Below, one piece after another: positions 1 to 14,104 of a stretch of DNA of 64,000 bases. The notes below the pieces were generated by a model, which saw only the letters and a list, made by a program, of their open reading frames with translations, ran no database searches and was not told the origin of the DNA. Both the position numbers and the translations under genes were made by a program. The stretch is from Octopus sinensis (taxonomy: Eukaryota), in contig NC_042997.1 of assembly GCF_006345805.1 (NCBI RefSeq), forward strand, positions 35,712,001 through 35,776,000, in the 5' to 3' direction. Every line of letters starts with the position of its first letter. Positions within the stretch are counted from its first letter, which is position 1.

Positions 1-108
1 CTGTCTGTCTATCTGTTTGTCCCTCTGTCCTTCCGTTTGTCTGTCTGTCTGCCTATCTATCTATCTATCTATGTATCTATCTATCTATCTATCTACCTAC
101 CTACGTAC

Positions 109-151
<43 letters not shown>

Positions 152-164
152 CCTACCTACCTAC

Positions 165-226
<62 letters not shown>

Positions 227-240
227 GTCTGTCTATCTAT
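1..240. repeat. (CTAT)n/(CTGT)n/(CTAC)n tetranucleotide microsatellite
   Basis: Direct reading; it explains ORFs 17..268 and 37..261. Confidence 0.97.
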
Positions 241-1046
241 TTATCTGGTTGTCTATTATGAAAATTAAATGCAGGCACTGGAGCAAAGCATATGTTTGGA
301 AGCAATCACATCTAGATGGAAGTCGATGAGATGAGGTCTATTTAGAATATTTACAGACTCCAATTTTCAGAAGCAGGAGCGTGCCAAAATTTTGATACAA
401 ATGATACAAAGCCCATTTTCATGTGACAAATGGCACATTTCGTTTTCCTGATCTCTTTAATGATCTACAATCTAGGGTTCTAGATTATTGTATATGGCAA
501 GTGTATTATACTTGGTAGATAATCAATATGATGAACAGACTGGAAGTATGTGAGGTTTTTATTTTCTATGTTTTTTCATTCGTATATCTGACAATGACAC
601 AGTCCAAGATTGTTTCAATCCTTTATATTTGTATTCGTATCCGTATGACTTCTTTACAACTGTTCCATGGATATAACTGTTAACTAATGAAAAAACTCGG
701 TAAAGTAATTAACATTCATTTCAATGCATTTGACATTACATAACGCCTTGGTAAGCAAGGCACATTGTTGTATCCGACTTCTCTATATTTTATATCTAAT
801 ATATCTAATAATACTGGAATAATTACAATATCAAGCTATGTTCCAAGGAATGGTTATTTTAATTCTGCTAATTTTCACTTTCAATGTTATAAGTAAAATC
901 GATAATTCATTATCAATTACATTACAAGAGACTAAGACTAATTCCTGGAAAAAAAGTGATAGCGTTGCAATTAGAATGGGAGATATGCTTCATGAATACT
1001 AATATCTTTTGAAATATTTATATACACATATATATGCATATATGCA

Positions 1047-1077
<31 letters not shown>

Positions 1078-1363
1078 AGTGTGGATGTATATATACATTT
1101 GCATGTATATGTATATGTGTGTGTGAATATATATATATATATATATATATACATATGTATGCATATTGTATATTTATGTGTGTGTCTACGTATGCGTGCG
1201 TATGCATATGAATATGTCACACTTCCTAGGGCTTCCTATATCTGTAAAAATGTTTATTTGATGGATGTTGTTTATATCTTTCCTGATGAGATTGAAGCAG
1301 AGCTGACCACAGTTTGGACGTATTTTGAATGCATTCATCGAAGCTTATGTAGAAGATATGAAG

Positions 1364-1395
<32 letters not shown>

Positions 1396-1424
1396 AATTT
1401 GTGCTGCTTTTAAATAAATTATAG

Positions 1425-1456
<32 letters not shown>

Positions 1457-4451
1457 ATATTGCATATGCATATACTACGTGTTCATAAGTGTCTGCATGT
1501 ATGAATTTATTTATGCATGCATATATACTCCCCCATCTACTAGTTGGCGTTTGATTAACTGAAGCTGGCGGATTCGCCATGGGAATATATAAGATCGACT
1601 TTCGCTTTACAATTACAATATATGCAGACGAACATATACAGAAAGAGAAAGAGAAAGTGAGAATGAAAAATGAGAGAGGGAAGGGGAGACAGAGAGTATA
1701 GAAGAAGCAGGGAAAGATTCACTTACGAATAGACCGCAGTACAGAGAGGGGTTTAATAATATATGTACTCTTTTCGGTAGAAATGTAAACACATTTTGTT
1801 GCTTAAACAGTCTCATTAATAAGGTAGATCTCTAAATGACATTTTTTCAATCATTAATCTATTTCTTATAAACAAACAAACGACTGTCTTGTCTACTCCC
1901 TGACGTATGTTTCTTATTGTAAACATAATACTTATCAAAGGACAGAAAACACTATATATGAACAAAAAGTACACCAACGCACGAAATAATTAGTACAGGA
2001 TAACAAAATACAGTGATAAACATGTAAAATTAGAAAAAAAATACGGATGGGACGTATAATGTAATTGCTTTAATACATTATGTTTTCACTTCATTTACTT
2101 TCAAAATGTCAAGCGAAAGATATACACAAGAAAACTGCATGTTTAGTTCTCGAAGCTTTCAAGAAAATTAGGTTTGCTTTACAAGTATAATTCCTGAAAA
2201 TTCATTAGTATTATAAGTAAATATAATGAAATTCCATATGATGGAATACGTACAGAGACCGGAAATGGGAATTTTGATGAGAATCAAATTAATTCTATGT
2301 GGCAAGCTACCATGAATGTCAATCACTACGTCTCTGTTGAGTTAGACATGATAGTTTACTGCCAGTAGAGTGGTAGGTTATACAACACCATTAGGAAATT
2401 AGACGCCAGATGTGAGTTGTGTGGGTCATTATGAGGTGGTATTGTTGTATTAATTTTTTTTATATGAAATGAGAAAAACAAATTAAAATCATTGGATAGA
2501 AAATAAAGAAACCTTTTGTATAATTTTGGAAACTGAATAAAGATTTTACCGAGAGAGCTAGACAGAATTCTTAGAATGCGAAAAGATGTTCAAATAAACA
2601 ATATCAAATGAATAAGAATGCTTTTAATATTCTTGTCTCAACGTGCATATTAACTAATGCAGTTCACGAAAGTACATATAAACTTGTTCTGCTATTATAT
2701 GTAGGAAGTTTTTTTTTTAGTGGCTCTTATGGGAAGAAATTCAATTTTCCAACGTGAAACTACATATCATTTTTTTATGGGATTCAATGGATCTGTTGCT
2801 CATATAAATCGTAATACCAACAAATATGTGTAATGTAAACTATAAACGAAACATTTTTTCAGCATTACATCATTTAATGTTTGACATAGTATGGCATACA
2901 GCATAATATGACACACCTCGCTACGATATATATTGATAGCATGAGAAATAAGATTAATGCATTCGAAATATCGAACCGTCACTATATAACTCGGATGTCA
3001 AAGCCCAATTGAACCATCAATTAACACAATGCCAGTAGTGCGAAGGATGTGTAAATTTAAAAAAAAGGTTATTCTTTAGATAAGGTTAATGATTTACAGA
3101 GAAACGTATCAATAGGGATTTCCAAACTAATACTAACGTCATAAATACTGAATATTAATTCTAAAATAATAATGTGAAACACTATATATACTGTCTATCT
3201 AAACAATTTATGACTCATGAAGCTTCTATTAATATTAACATACACCTACATACCGATATATGCTACGGCTCATTTTTCATATTATACAAAACTATAATTT
3301 AAACTGATTAATTAAAATCTTGTTTTCTCCAGGTAAATATTAATATACTCCAAAACTTGTGCTTGACTCACTTCCGTCAGTTGTGAATATTTCCACCAAC
3401 AGAGATTTGTTTATTTGAATTTGACGATTTATAACCCTCGCATAATTTTGCTATTATCATGAGATCACGAGACAAATAATCAGTTGTGATAAGGAGAATA
3501 AATTTTTAAATTACTATCGCCTTTAACTATGTATGTTTAGAATATTTACGTTTCAATACAAAATTAGAAGATACGTGTTATTAAGTAAGGTTAACACTAC
3601 TTATGTTTACAACAATTCATATTTATAATAAATGACAAATTACCGATTTAAATTCAAATCCACACCGCAATTTAGAGTGCAGTATCCGATTCATTAATAT
3701 GAATGGTAAATGGAATATATTTTCGAAAATAGTATGCTATCTGTAAAATATTGTAAGAGAGATGCTAAACTGACAGTTGCATATATACGACTGGAAATAC
3801 TATTGCTTAATTGTTGACACCCGTAAAAGCAATTTGTCTTTAGTATTAACGATACAAATCTGATAAATTATCCCAACTTGACAGATATGCGTGTGTTTGT
3901 ATGTGTTCGTGTCTATGTGCGTATGCGTTTGTACGTGTGTTTGTGAATAAAAATATGCTCCATATTCTCTTCATATATATTCGTACGTATGTACGTGTTT
4001 TCTTATTGTTTGCGCGTGTGTCTTGCATATGCATCGTTGAAGTATGCCTGAACGAATATACCGAGCAAATGCTTTACGGTATTTTAACAATATACACCTA
4101 TTCATTACTTTTCGTATTTGACATTCTTTCACGTCCATTCATTCTCGTAAACATACAATTTCTCCTTCCGACTGATATGTTTCTTGCTACTAACTTTCAC
4201 TCGTTTTTCTTCACTTTCTTACATTCTTTTCTTCTCCGTTCCAATCTCACCATCTATCGCTTTTCATTTTCTCTTTCCCATTCGCAACAACATTGCTAGC
4301 ATGCGCACATTGTTCTCTCTGAAAACAACATCTTGGGAAAATTAACACGCTTTCATTTCATTCGACAACATAAGCATTATATGTTTATCCTCATATACAA
4401 ACTGCATAGTATTGCCGCGTTTTACTTCATCGTTCCATGTTTTTCATCGCA

Positions 4452-5081
4452 ATATATATATAATACAAAATCTGTTCTGTCTGTGTGTGTGTGTGTGTCT
4501 TCTAGGATCTCGGGCATCCTCCATCCGATTGCGCTCAAATTTGATATGTAGATATCCACGGTATCAGGGCGTATAGAGGTCTTTAAAAAATTGCAAAAAT
4601 CGATTCCAGGTGGGAATGCGACCAATAAGGCCGTGGGAACATGAATTTATACGCGCATGTACATCAGCTGATGTGATCGATACTACGCGTACGTAAGAAG
4701 GATGCATCGTTTTTGGCCTGCTTTTCTTCCGTCAACCTATACATAACTGTACCTTCCAGTTTTTGTTGTTTTTGCACTGCTTAAAGGCACTTTCTTTCCT
4801 GCCAAGCCTACTGTTTAAACCATGTTTATGTTCTCCCAGTCAATATCCTTATGATTACTGGTACTTTAAACTCTTCGGTAGCAAATTTGTGTGAATAAAT
4901 TTGGAATAGAAAAAAAATCTATCTTTATTTCTTATTTTGCTGGTGTCTCAAAATTAGGTTAAATCAGTGTTTCTCAAAAGGGAGGCAGATGGGACGGTCG
5001 GACAAGTTGTTTTGAGAAAATTTAGTTTAAATGTTTGACAACTCAGCACCATCCATTGGATGGATGGTGGCGTTTTGCTCG
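4452..5081 (+). mobile_element. Non-autonomous Helitron-like element, copy 1
   Basis: 5' TATATATAATACAAAATCTG..CTGTCTG start, CCGATTGCGCTCAAATTTGATATGTAGAT core, 3' hairpin CCATCC-ATT-GGATGG (5049-5063) and a CTCG end. Homologous to 13762-14105 over both ends. Confidence 0.6.
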
Positions 5082-5190
5082 TTGCGAGGATGATCCGGTT
5101 CTTGACTGAGGATTAAAGGCTTCGAATATCCCGTCCGTGTTTTTTGTATCGTCTATTTGGATGTTTTACGTTCTTGTCCCAGTCCCATTT
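5082..5190. repeat. Dispersed repeat fragment, reverse-complement homolog of 16013-16113 (possibly Penelope-like terminus)
   Basis: About 100 bp aligns by eye to the reverse complement of 16013-16113. The family assignment is inference. Confidence 0.6.
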
Positions 5191-5244
5191 CGTTTATATA
5201 TATATACCTGTATATATATATATATAAATATCAGTATATATATA

Positions 5245-5291
<47 letters not shown>

Positions 5292-5297
5292 ATGTCC

Positions 5298-5500
5298 GTG
5301 TCTCTGTGTTTGTCCCCCAACCATCGCTTGTCTATCGATGCTGGTGCATTCACGTCCCCGTACCTTAACGGTTCGTCAAAAGAGAAGGTTAGAATAAGCA
5401 CTAGGCTTACAAAGAATAAGCCCTAGGGTAGATTTCTTCGACTAAATGCAGTGCTCCAACATGGCCGCATTTAAATAACTGAAAGAAGTAAAAAAAAAAA
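5298..5500 (+). mobile_element. 3' half of SINE (family of 51869-52263)
   Basis: GTGTTTGTCCC..GATGCTGGTG..ACGTCCCCGT..GGCTTACAAAGAATAAG..GTGCTCCAACATGGCCGCA..A-tail matches 52071-52263. Confidence 0.85.
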
Positions 5501-5505
5501 TTATA

Positions 5506-5549
<44 letters not shown>

Positions 5550-6194
5550 CGTTAATATACATATACACACATACTAACATACACATATTAGTATACACAC
5601 ATATGTGTATATATATATTATATATATATATATATATATACACATACATGCTGCATATATTAAATTATAATGTAAGACGGATTATTGTATGAAAATATTT
5701 TATAATCTGTAACTTATGTTTTCCCGATTATTAAATCGAAAGAATAACTGTTATATTCCTAAAGTGAGAAGAATATAACCTATGCATACACATTTGCATA
5801 CAAAAACTGAAACGAAATTATTCTTATTGCTAGATTTAAATGCAGAAATTTGAAACTGGAAAAAATATCGAATTGAAAAATTTTTTTTTTTCGAAAAGTT
5901 AATCTCGAACTCCCACATATTACTCAGTTGCATCATATAGAGATCTTCCTATATTAATGTCTTCAATAAATTTCAGCTCCCCAATCTTCCGAAGAGAAAT
6001 TTGGAGATTAAAATGTTTAGAAACGGACACATAATTGTGAGTTTACAAAGAGAGAGTATATGAGTGACAAGAATGGAGACAAACATAAACCCATGCATAT
6101 ATGTATGTGTGTGTATGCATACACACACGCACGCAAAATAATAAATATATATATATAAGTTACATATATATATATATAATATATATATATATAA

Positions 6195-6428
6195 GGGCGG
6201 CGAGCTGGCAGAAACGTTAGCACGCCGGGCGAAATGCTTAGCCGTATTTCGTCTGCCGTTAAGTGTTCTGGGTTCAAAATCCGCCGAGGTCGACTTTGCC
6301 TTTCATCCTGTCGGGGTCGATAAATTAAGTACCAGTTACGCACTGGGGTCGATGTAATCGACTTAATCCCTTTGTCTGTCCTTGTTCGTCCCTTCTATGT
6401 TTAGCCCCTTGTGGGCAGTAAAGAAATA
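6195..6428 (+). mobile_element. tRNA-derived SINE, apparently full length
   Basis: A-box-like TGGCAGAAACG, B-box-like GGTTCAAAATCC, central GACTTTGCCTTTCATCCTGTCGGGGTCGATAAATTAAGTACC. Flanked by a 35-bp direct duplication (6143-6177, 6424-6458). Confidence 0.9.
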
Positions 6429-6484
6429 TATATATATAAGTTACATATATATATATATTTGTTTTATTTTTATTGTATCATTTG

Positions 6485-6520
<36 letters not shown>

Positions 6521-6529
6521 AAATCCTTA

Positions 6530-7648
6530 ATCCTTAAAAATGTTACAGCCCGAAAGCTGCGGCCATGCTGAGTCTCCACCAATGAATGAGCTACACTAGT
6601 ATATGAAACTGCCTCCGATACGTGGCACTTGTTCAAGAGGTCCAGTTTAGTTTCAAAGAAACGCACATCCACACCATGTAGGTCTCTCAGGCATTTAGGA
6701 ATGATATTGAAGAGCTGTGATCCCCTGAAACACAAGCTGTTGCAGTATTTAATCCTGTATTTTTATCGTGATGTTGGGATGTTTAGCAACATGCAGTGGC
6801 GCCCCATTCTGCTGTTGGGGTAACTTTCAATGCCAAAATTAGGGACAAGACCCTCCAGGATATTCCAGATATATGTCACTGCATATCTCTCCCGCCTTCG
6901 CTCCAGGGAGAAGAGTTTTAATACTTTCTGTCTTTCTCATTAGCTGATACGTTGCATTGAGACGATCTTCTTAGTCTAGCTTTGTTGGATTGCTTCGAGT
7001 TCTGCTTTTAACTTTATATTGCGATGTGACCGTAGTTGGGAGCAGTAGTCCAAATGGCTGAAGGCAAATGTCTTCCAAAAGACCATCAGTGTCTCCTTCT
7101 CTTTTGTTCTGAAAGTTCGGAGAATTCATCCAGCTAGCCGTCTGCATTTTATTACCAAATTGGCAATATGCACTTGGAAAGATGCATCATTGCTCACGTC
7201 AATGCCCCGGTTACGCACTGATTTTGACTCAGGAATTGCAATTATTCCCGGGCCTGTGTATCCAGTCTGCATGTCGTTCACCTTTGTGTGCCGGTAGCGC
7301 AGGGCTTGGAACTTACCTGCATTAAACTGCATGTTTTTGTCCTCAGCTCAGCTGTATGTTGTATCCAACTCCCGTTGCAGATGTGCAATATTTCCAGGGT
7401 CTTGTATTGTCTGACAGACTTTTGTGTCATCTGCATATCTAGCAAGGGTGGCCATCTTTGCAACTGAGGGCATGTCTGAAAGGTCCACTACGAACTGTAG
7501 TGGCCCGAAGACAGTGCCCTGCGGAACACCACTTGTTATTTGTGTTTCCTTGGAGGTGGCTCCATTGGCCACCACTTCCTGCCTTCTATCTTTTAGGAAG
7601 TTTTGCAGCCACACTCCAAGTTTTCCGCCTATGCCGAGTTCACGCATT
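6530..7648 (-). mobile_element. 5'-truncated CR1/L2-type LINE, reverse transcriptase C-terminal half plus 3' UTR (degenerate)
   Basis: ORF 7348..7647: W..NFL..RRQ.V...SGVPQGTVFGP..YADDTK (YADD at 7426-7437). Continues MQFNAGKF (7126..7332) and then CR1-like C-terminal motifs (ERRRERY; QLFNIIPKCLRDL), with stops and frameshifts. Confidence 0.92.
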
Positions 7649-7664
7649 TATGTATATTTCTTTT

Positions 7665-7890
7665 CTTTTTCTTGTATATTTTCAACCCCAAAAGACCGTG
7701 ACCATGCTGGAACACCGCCACCTTAATCATTCTTTTCCGCGGTCATGCATACGTTACTGGCTTTTAGTGACACGTCTTTTGAGTTTCTTGCCGTGATATA
7801 AGTTGATCTGAGACATTGAACAGCAGGAGGTCAGGCTGGTTTTGAAAACTTCTACCACTTACTTCATGAAGAGCCCTAAAATATTTGTGT
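7665..7890 (-). mobile_element. Second CR1-type LINE 3'-end fragment
   Basis: KYFRALHEVSGRSFQNQPDLLL parallels KCLRDLHGVDVRFFETKLDLL of the adjacent copy. Same 3' tail motif GGCGGTGTTCCAGCATGG (reverse complement of 7702-7719). Confidence 0.7.
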
Positions 7891-7958
7891 GTGCATATGT
7901 ATGTAAAACACATATACATACATACACCACACACACCACACACACAACACACACATAT

Positions 7959-8004
<46 letters not shown>

Positions 8005-9425
8005 CGTGTGTGGGTGTGTGATACACACGTATACATACTCTCAAACTCAACTGTATTGACTCTTACATGTCGGTCTTCGAGCACAGTAACTAGAATAAAC
8101 TGGTGTTACATCCCATATTACGCTGATGGGCGAAACATGCACAGCAGTCTAGCCACTGAAAATAAAGGATATAAAACAAAATACATTGAAGACTACTTAA
8201 TTTATGGGGATGTGAATTTTAGACGTCATCAACATATATTTTCGAAGGAAAATACATATGTTGATAAGGTTCCTGCAAGATCTGACAACAGAGAAAATGA
8301 AATTAATTGAAATAGTTGGTACAATGGAAGTAGGAAATAAAATGCATACATTTTGTTCGTAAACGGAAGACTATTGCAATAATAGTGAACCAAATTTGTA
8401 AGAATAATGGATATTTCAATTTTGTTTCTTAGACTTCAGTTTAATTCCAATTTAATAAGAAACTTCTTAATAGTTTCACAAACTTGTGAAAGTAAGTAAT
8501 TTCATTTAATTATAAATTGTTAAGTCTAAACTTTCCTTTCATATAAATTGTGAATATGCTGTGTATACATGTAACAATAAATTGCTATTTTTATATTTTC
8601 TCTTTTATAATCTAATTCATTTATGGAAAATTTCTTGAAATTATTAACACCCATAAAATTGCACAATCGTATACATTCTAGAGAACATCAAAGGAGAAAT
8701 AAATCACACAAGAGTAAAGATAATCATACATATGCATAGACATATACATTCATACATACATACCAACAAAACGGACACATACACAAAGCTATATGAATGC
8801 GTGTACATGAGAGTGCGTATACATATGTTTCAATATATAAAAATATGTATATGTGTAGGGGTTGTGTGCGTGTAAACTCAGAGAAAGGCAAGATGACAGA
8901 GAGAGGCAAAGACAGCCCGGAGGGAATGTGTCATATAGTGTGACTGATACCAGCAAATAGAGCTTTGACCTGACCTTATTCATTTGAAAATAAACTGTCC
9001 TATAATTTCTAGTATAGAAATATATCAGGATTTCAAGAAGTAGCTTTTGCTACAGTTCTGGAACGAAAAGTGCGAAAAAACAAATTCTATCAACCAGTAA
9101 ACCTCGTCAATTCTCATCGTCACTAAGTTTCGTTGACTAAGAATTTTGATACGTAATTCTATATATATATAGGTTCAACTCTGAAATCATAAAGTTTACG
9201 GTTTTGTGTTACATCAGCATTTTCCAATATTGAGATTGTTAGCAATGTTGGTTTAGCAAAAGAAACATAAAAAATTGAATATATTTATCACCGAGAAACT
9301 TTGCTCAATGATTACCTGTAAATGTCACCCCATGTGCAATTGAGCAAGCTGGTAAGTAAAATGGATATTCCTGCGTATACGTGTGTGAGTGTGTGCGTTT
9401 ATATAAACGTATGCATACTCATGTA

Positions 9426-9427
9426 TA

Positions 9428-9513
<86 letters not shown>

Positions 9514-9573
9514 TATGTGCCTGTGTATGTGTACATGTGTGCAAGCATATATATATATATATTATATTATATA

Positions 9574-9631
<58 letters not shown>

Positions 9632-9670
9632 ATATATATAAATATACATGGATATATATACACATATATA
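9426..9670. repeat. (TA)n compound microsatellite
   Basis: Direct reading. Confidence 0.95.
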
Positions 9671-10865
9671 TTATATATATGCTCTAATAAGCACACATAT
9701 ATAACGATTAGTAGCAGGAGAGGTGTAAGTTCTTGATAATTCGTATATATACGCATATATGCAATTTCTGGAATTGCGGAGTATACATATCTTTATACCT
9801 CTAAAATGTAAACATCTGGCAACTCTCACAACGTCACGAAGATATTCCGTTTTATTAAACCCTGTTATTTCTGCCATATCATTTTAAAAATGATAAATAC
9901 ATTCAATTACAAATACACAAACCTGTGGTATATATAATTATGATAAATGCAACAATATATCATATTTGATTAATGTATTTTACTTAGCTTCTTCTCACGC
10001 TCGAGCATGTGCAATTGTGTGAATGCTTATGTGTGCTTATCCGTAAAACACAGTTATTCATGTTGTATGAGAATTATATGTGTGTGGATATGAGCGCATT
10101 TTCGTTTGTAGAATTATGACTGGAAAACCGTTGCAAAGGTTTTTAGCAATGTGAAATATTTTTAATAAATTTTATGAGAAAATTACGTCAAACCGTTTGT
10201 GTTTTTCCGATATACGTAAGACGCATATTTAATATACATCAATTATTAGCATTTATACCGATACCAGCAGGCGAAACCTCATCGCAAACACTCATATGAA
10301 TACAGGCCTCGATAAATACATACATCCAATATGGGCTACTGTTAGAGTAGATGATAGTATCTACAAAATTTATCCATATTCTTAAGTAATACGATGGTAC
10401 GAAGGGGTCGTAAACTGAGACGAAAAATGCAGTAATGTTTAATATTCATTGCATTATTCATTTGTAGCATTCATAAAATTGTTCTAATTTCTATATCTCA
10501 AAAATTAGATATATACTTAAGTACATATGACTTCCTTTGATGTTACACTGCGAAAATATGCATCAGTAATATCTCATTATTAGGAAGTATATAGCGTTCA
10601 ATTTCCTTTTGACATTTTAAGTGTTACAAAGTTGATCAATATCCTTGCATCTAAGGCTATGGTTATAGTTAACCTGGCTTGTCTTTACGACCATGTTTAC
10701 TCTGCTCGATATTTGCTCTTTTTTATATTCCCATAAATGTCTATATCTTCAAACCCATACATATCTCATCAGGGGGATGGGATAAACTACTTGCATCAAT
10801 TTGTTATAAGATAAGGTTTTGAAGAGTGAAGTTTAATTTTAACAGATACTTTTTTCAAAGCTTTA

Positions 10866-11199
10866 ATGGAAGTGACAAAAGAGCATATTCGGCATATTTT
10901 GCTTTATGAGTTCATTAATCATTAAAGGCAAAAACGCAGTTTTTGGGGATCGGACAATAAGCGTAAACCAGTGTCAACGGTAGTTGCAGAAATTCCGAAA
11001 CGGAAAGTATATACTACAAGAAGATCCTCGTCCTGGAAGATCTTTAGAGTCCTCAATGATCTGTAGAGCTAGAGGAGGACGTCCTGCAAAATCTGGTGAA
11101 ACAAAGTCACATCGTAACTGTTGAGTAACTAGCAGAGAAGCTTGGATTTGGTCATTTAACCATTCATCAACAACTTCTTATCATAAAAAACGTCAGTAA

Positions 11200-11247
<48 letters not shown>

Positions 11248-12325
11248 CATCATCGTCATCATCATCATCAGCAGTAGTAGTGGTAGTAGTAGTAGCAGCA
11301 GCAGCAGCAGTGGTAGTAGTAGTAGTAGTAGTAGTAATAGTAGGTGTAGTAGTAGTAGTAGTAGTAGTAGTAGTAATAGTAGTAGCATCATCATCACCAT
11401 CATCATCATCATCATTATCATCAGTAGTAGTAGTAGTAGTAGTAGTAATGATGGCGCTGATGGTGATTAGTGCTGCTGTTGCCTCGGCTAGTGGATTTTC
11501 TTTGTCACCTTCGTCCATGTGTTCCTCACAAATTTTCCAAGTCTAATCGTGCGCAGAGAGTGAATGTGTGCCCTTCTTTGCTGTCACTTCTCACAAATGA
11601 ACCCTTTATGGACCGAATAGTGACTGGTAACGAGAAATGGGTTTTCTATACAAAAGGTTAAGCGCCGAAGACAGTGGGTAGGGAAAGGAGAAACACCGGC
11701 ACTCCTGGCTACAGAAAGTCTTCATCCAGATAAAGATTGGTTATCTGTTTGGTGGGATAAGAAAGGTTTAGGGAACTTTGAAGTTTAAGCCCAACACAAA
11801 CGGTAACAAAGGAGATCTACTGCAAGTAGTTCGAGCAGTTTGGTTCTGCTCAACATTGCAATTATTTTGAACACATGCGTGAAATATCTGTAGGATATCC
11901 TCGTTTTCTCGTGGGATATGACATCTGGCTTAAATGATATCTCGTTGTTGCCCGTGTGCTTTGACACGCTAGAAGAAAAACGACCATCTTAGCTTTCAAA
12001 ACGAAAGTTGGTCTTCCATCTGGATAATGCTTAGCCACATATAGCGAAGACGACATTCCAAAGGCTGGAGCAGTTTGAATGGGAAACGATGCCCCACCCA
12101 TCATATTCGCCGGACATTGCCCCATGTGCTTATCATTTATTTCACAGTTTTCAAAATCGTTTGGATAGGAAAAAATATGTCTTGTGTAGACGTGGCCAGA
12201 TACACAGAGAAAAATTTTAGAAAATGAAGGAGAGTATGTTTCAGACTTAAAAAGAACTTTATCTTAATTTTGAAACATATGAAATATAAAAAAACCCCGC
12301 ATTCTTTATAAGATGACATAATATG
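10866..12325 (+). mobile_element. Mariner (DD34D-type) transposase pseudogene interrupted by a microsatellite and an inverted insertion
   Basis: MEVTKEHIRHILLYEF from ATG 10866; VPH 11521; DRIVTGNEKWVFY 11611; FHLDNA 12014; HPSYSPDIAP about 12095-12124. Candidate 3' TIR about 12285-12325. Multiple stops. Confidence 0.92.
11198..11447. repeat. (AGT)n/(CAT)n/(AGC)n compound trinucleotide microsatellite inside the mariner
   Basis: Direct reading. Confidence 0.95.
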
Positions 12326-12792
12326 AATGTATGTGTGTGCATGTATGTATTCCCGTACATATAATTTAGGGCCTAAACTAAACACAACACATTAAAGCAA
12401 ATATCAAAATATATAGAAACCTAAGGAAGCAATCCTAATCGACGTGCATTGTTGCTACTTGCAGTGTATCACTGCATTTCAAATTTTCCTATGAGTGTGT
12501 TCCTTATTTGGCAAGACGTAAAGACACATTTCTTCGGTTGGCAACTAAGCTTTAGCAGTTGTGTAGAAACTGCTATAGTAAAATATTTCCCATTAAATGA
12601 TCTGGTGAAATCATCACTATTCTGTCCAATGCTAAAGAATTTCTTAAGAAATAACATTGGAAGAAAATTGTAAATATTTAACATACGGATGTCATTTAAG
12701 TCAGATGCCATATCCCACGAGAAAATGAGGATATCCTACAGATATTTCACGCATGTGTACAAAATAATTGCAATGTTGAGCAGAACCAAACT
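11837..12792. repeat. 105-bp inverted repeat pair (11837-11941 / 12688-12792)
   Basis: Arms align as reverse complements with 5 mismatches by my count. Confidence 0.93.
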
Positions 12793-13701
12793 TAAATAAC
12801 TAACAATTCCACGACTTTGCTGAATTGAAGGTAGGTCATATTATGATGACCGCTTTTGTTATGTGATCAGGATTTAATGATTTAGTGTCACGTCTCCAAA
12901 TTAAGTGACAATTTATTGACAAATTACTTTACAGAATAGACGTAGGTACGTTCCATAAAATAGCAGAAATGCGATCAGTAAATATTATTAGAGCATTATC
13001 ACTTCCAACCTATTGACAGTCTTCCGATAAGCCGGGGATTTTTAAAGACGGCCGTTCTACAAGAAGCATCAGCAACAACAGCAGTCATAAAGTGTTATAA
13101 CTTAGGAGCAAGACCTAAGATTTGGCATATGGAATTAAATGATTAAATCTGACGAAGTAGTTTACTGGTACTTTGTCAATATGAATTATAACATAGATAC
13201 GTAAGTTATATAAGCTACAAGATTTAATGACAGCGTGCATTTATTGACCAAGTATTAGCTTTGCAGATTATTTGCCGATACAAGCTTCGTGAAATGCGGT
13301 GTCGAAATGAAATGTGGAGACATTTATCACAGAATATAAGGAGACATAAATATCACGAGTTATTCAATTCACTGCATTATAATAATAGACAATAAATAAG
13401 ACTGATAATACTAGTGACTGGCAACATTATGATGATATTATTATTAATTTTGATTTTACTCTGATTCAGTCTTATTCCTTGCATGATTTATTAGGGTAGT
13501 GGGTTACTACCTATAACCTTAGGAATCCAGTAGCTTTCAATGGTCTTTCAAGTGGTTAGGAACCTCCTGATAATCTTTCATGTCTCTAAGAGGTAAATTT
13601 TCTGGAGAGGCCCTCAAGATTATATTCTAATCTTCTTCAACCATCTCTCACTCTCTCTGTCTCTCTGTCTCTGTCTGTCTCTGTCTCTCTCTGTCTCTCT
13701 T

Positions 13702-13761
<60 letters not shown>

Positions 13762-13762
<1 letters not shown>

Positions 13763-14104
13763 AGAATATAAAATTCATTCTGTCTGTCTGCATGTGTGTG
13801 TCTTCTAGGATCTCGGGCATCATACAACCGATTTCGCTCAAATTCGATATGTAGATACCGACGGTATCAAGGCATGTATGCGTCCAGGTGAGTATGCGAT
13901 CAATAAAGCCGTGCGAATGTGCATTTTTACGCACAAACACATCAGTCGAAATACCAATTTTGCTGGTGTCTCAAAGTTAGATTAAATCAGTGTTTCTCAA
14001 AGGGGAGTCCCATGGGACGGTCAGGCAAGTTGTTTTGAGAAAATTTGGTTTAAATGTTTGACAACTCAGCACCGTCCACTGGACGGGAGAGGAGCGTTTT
14101 GCTC

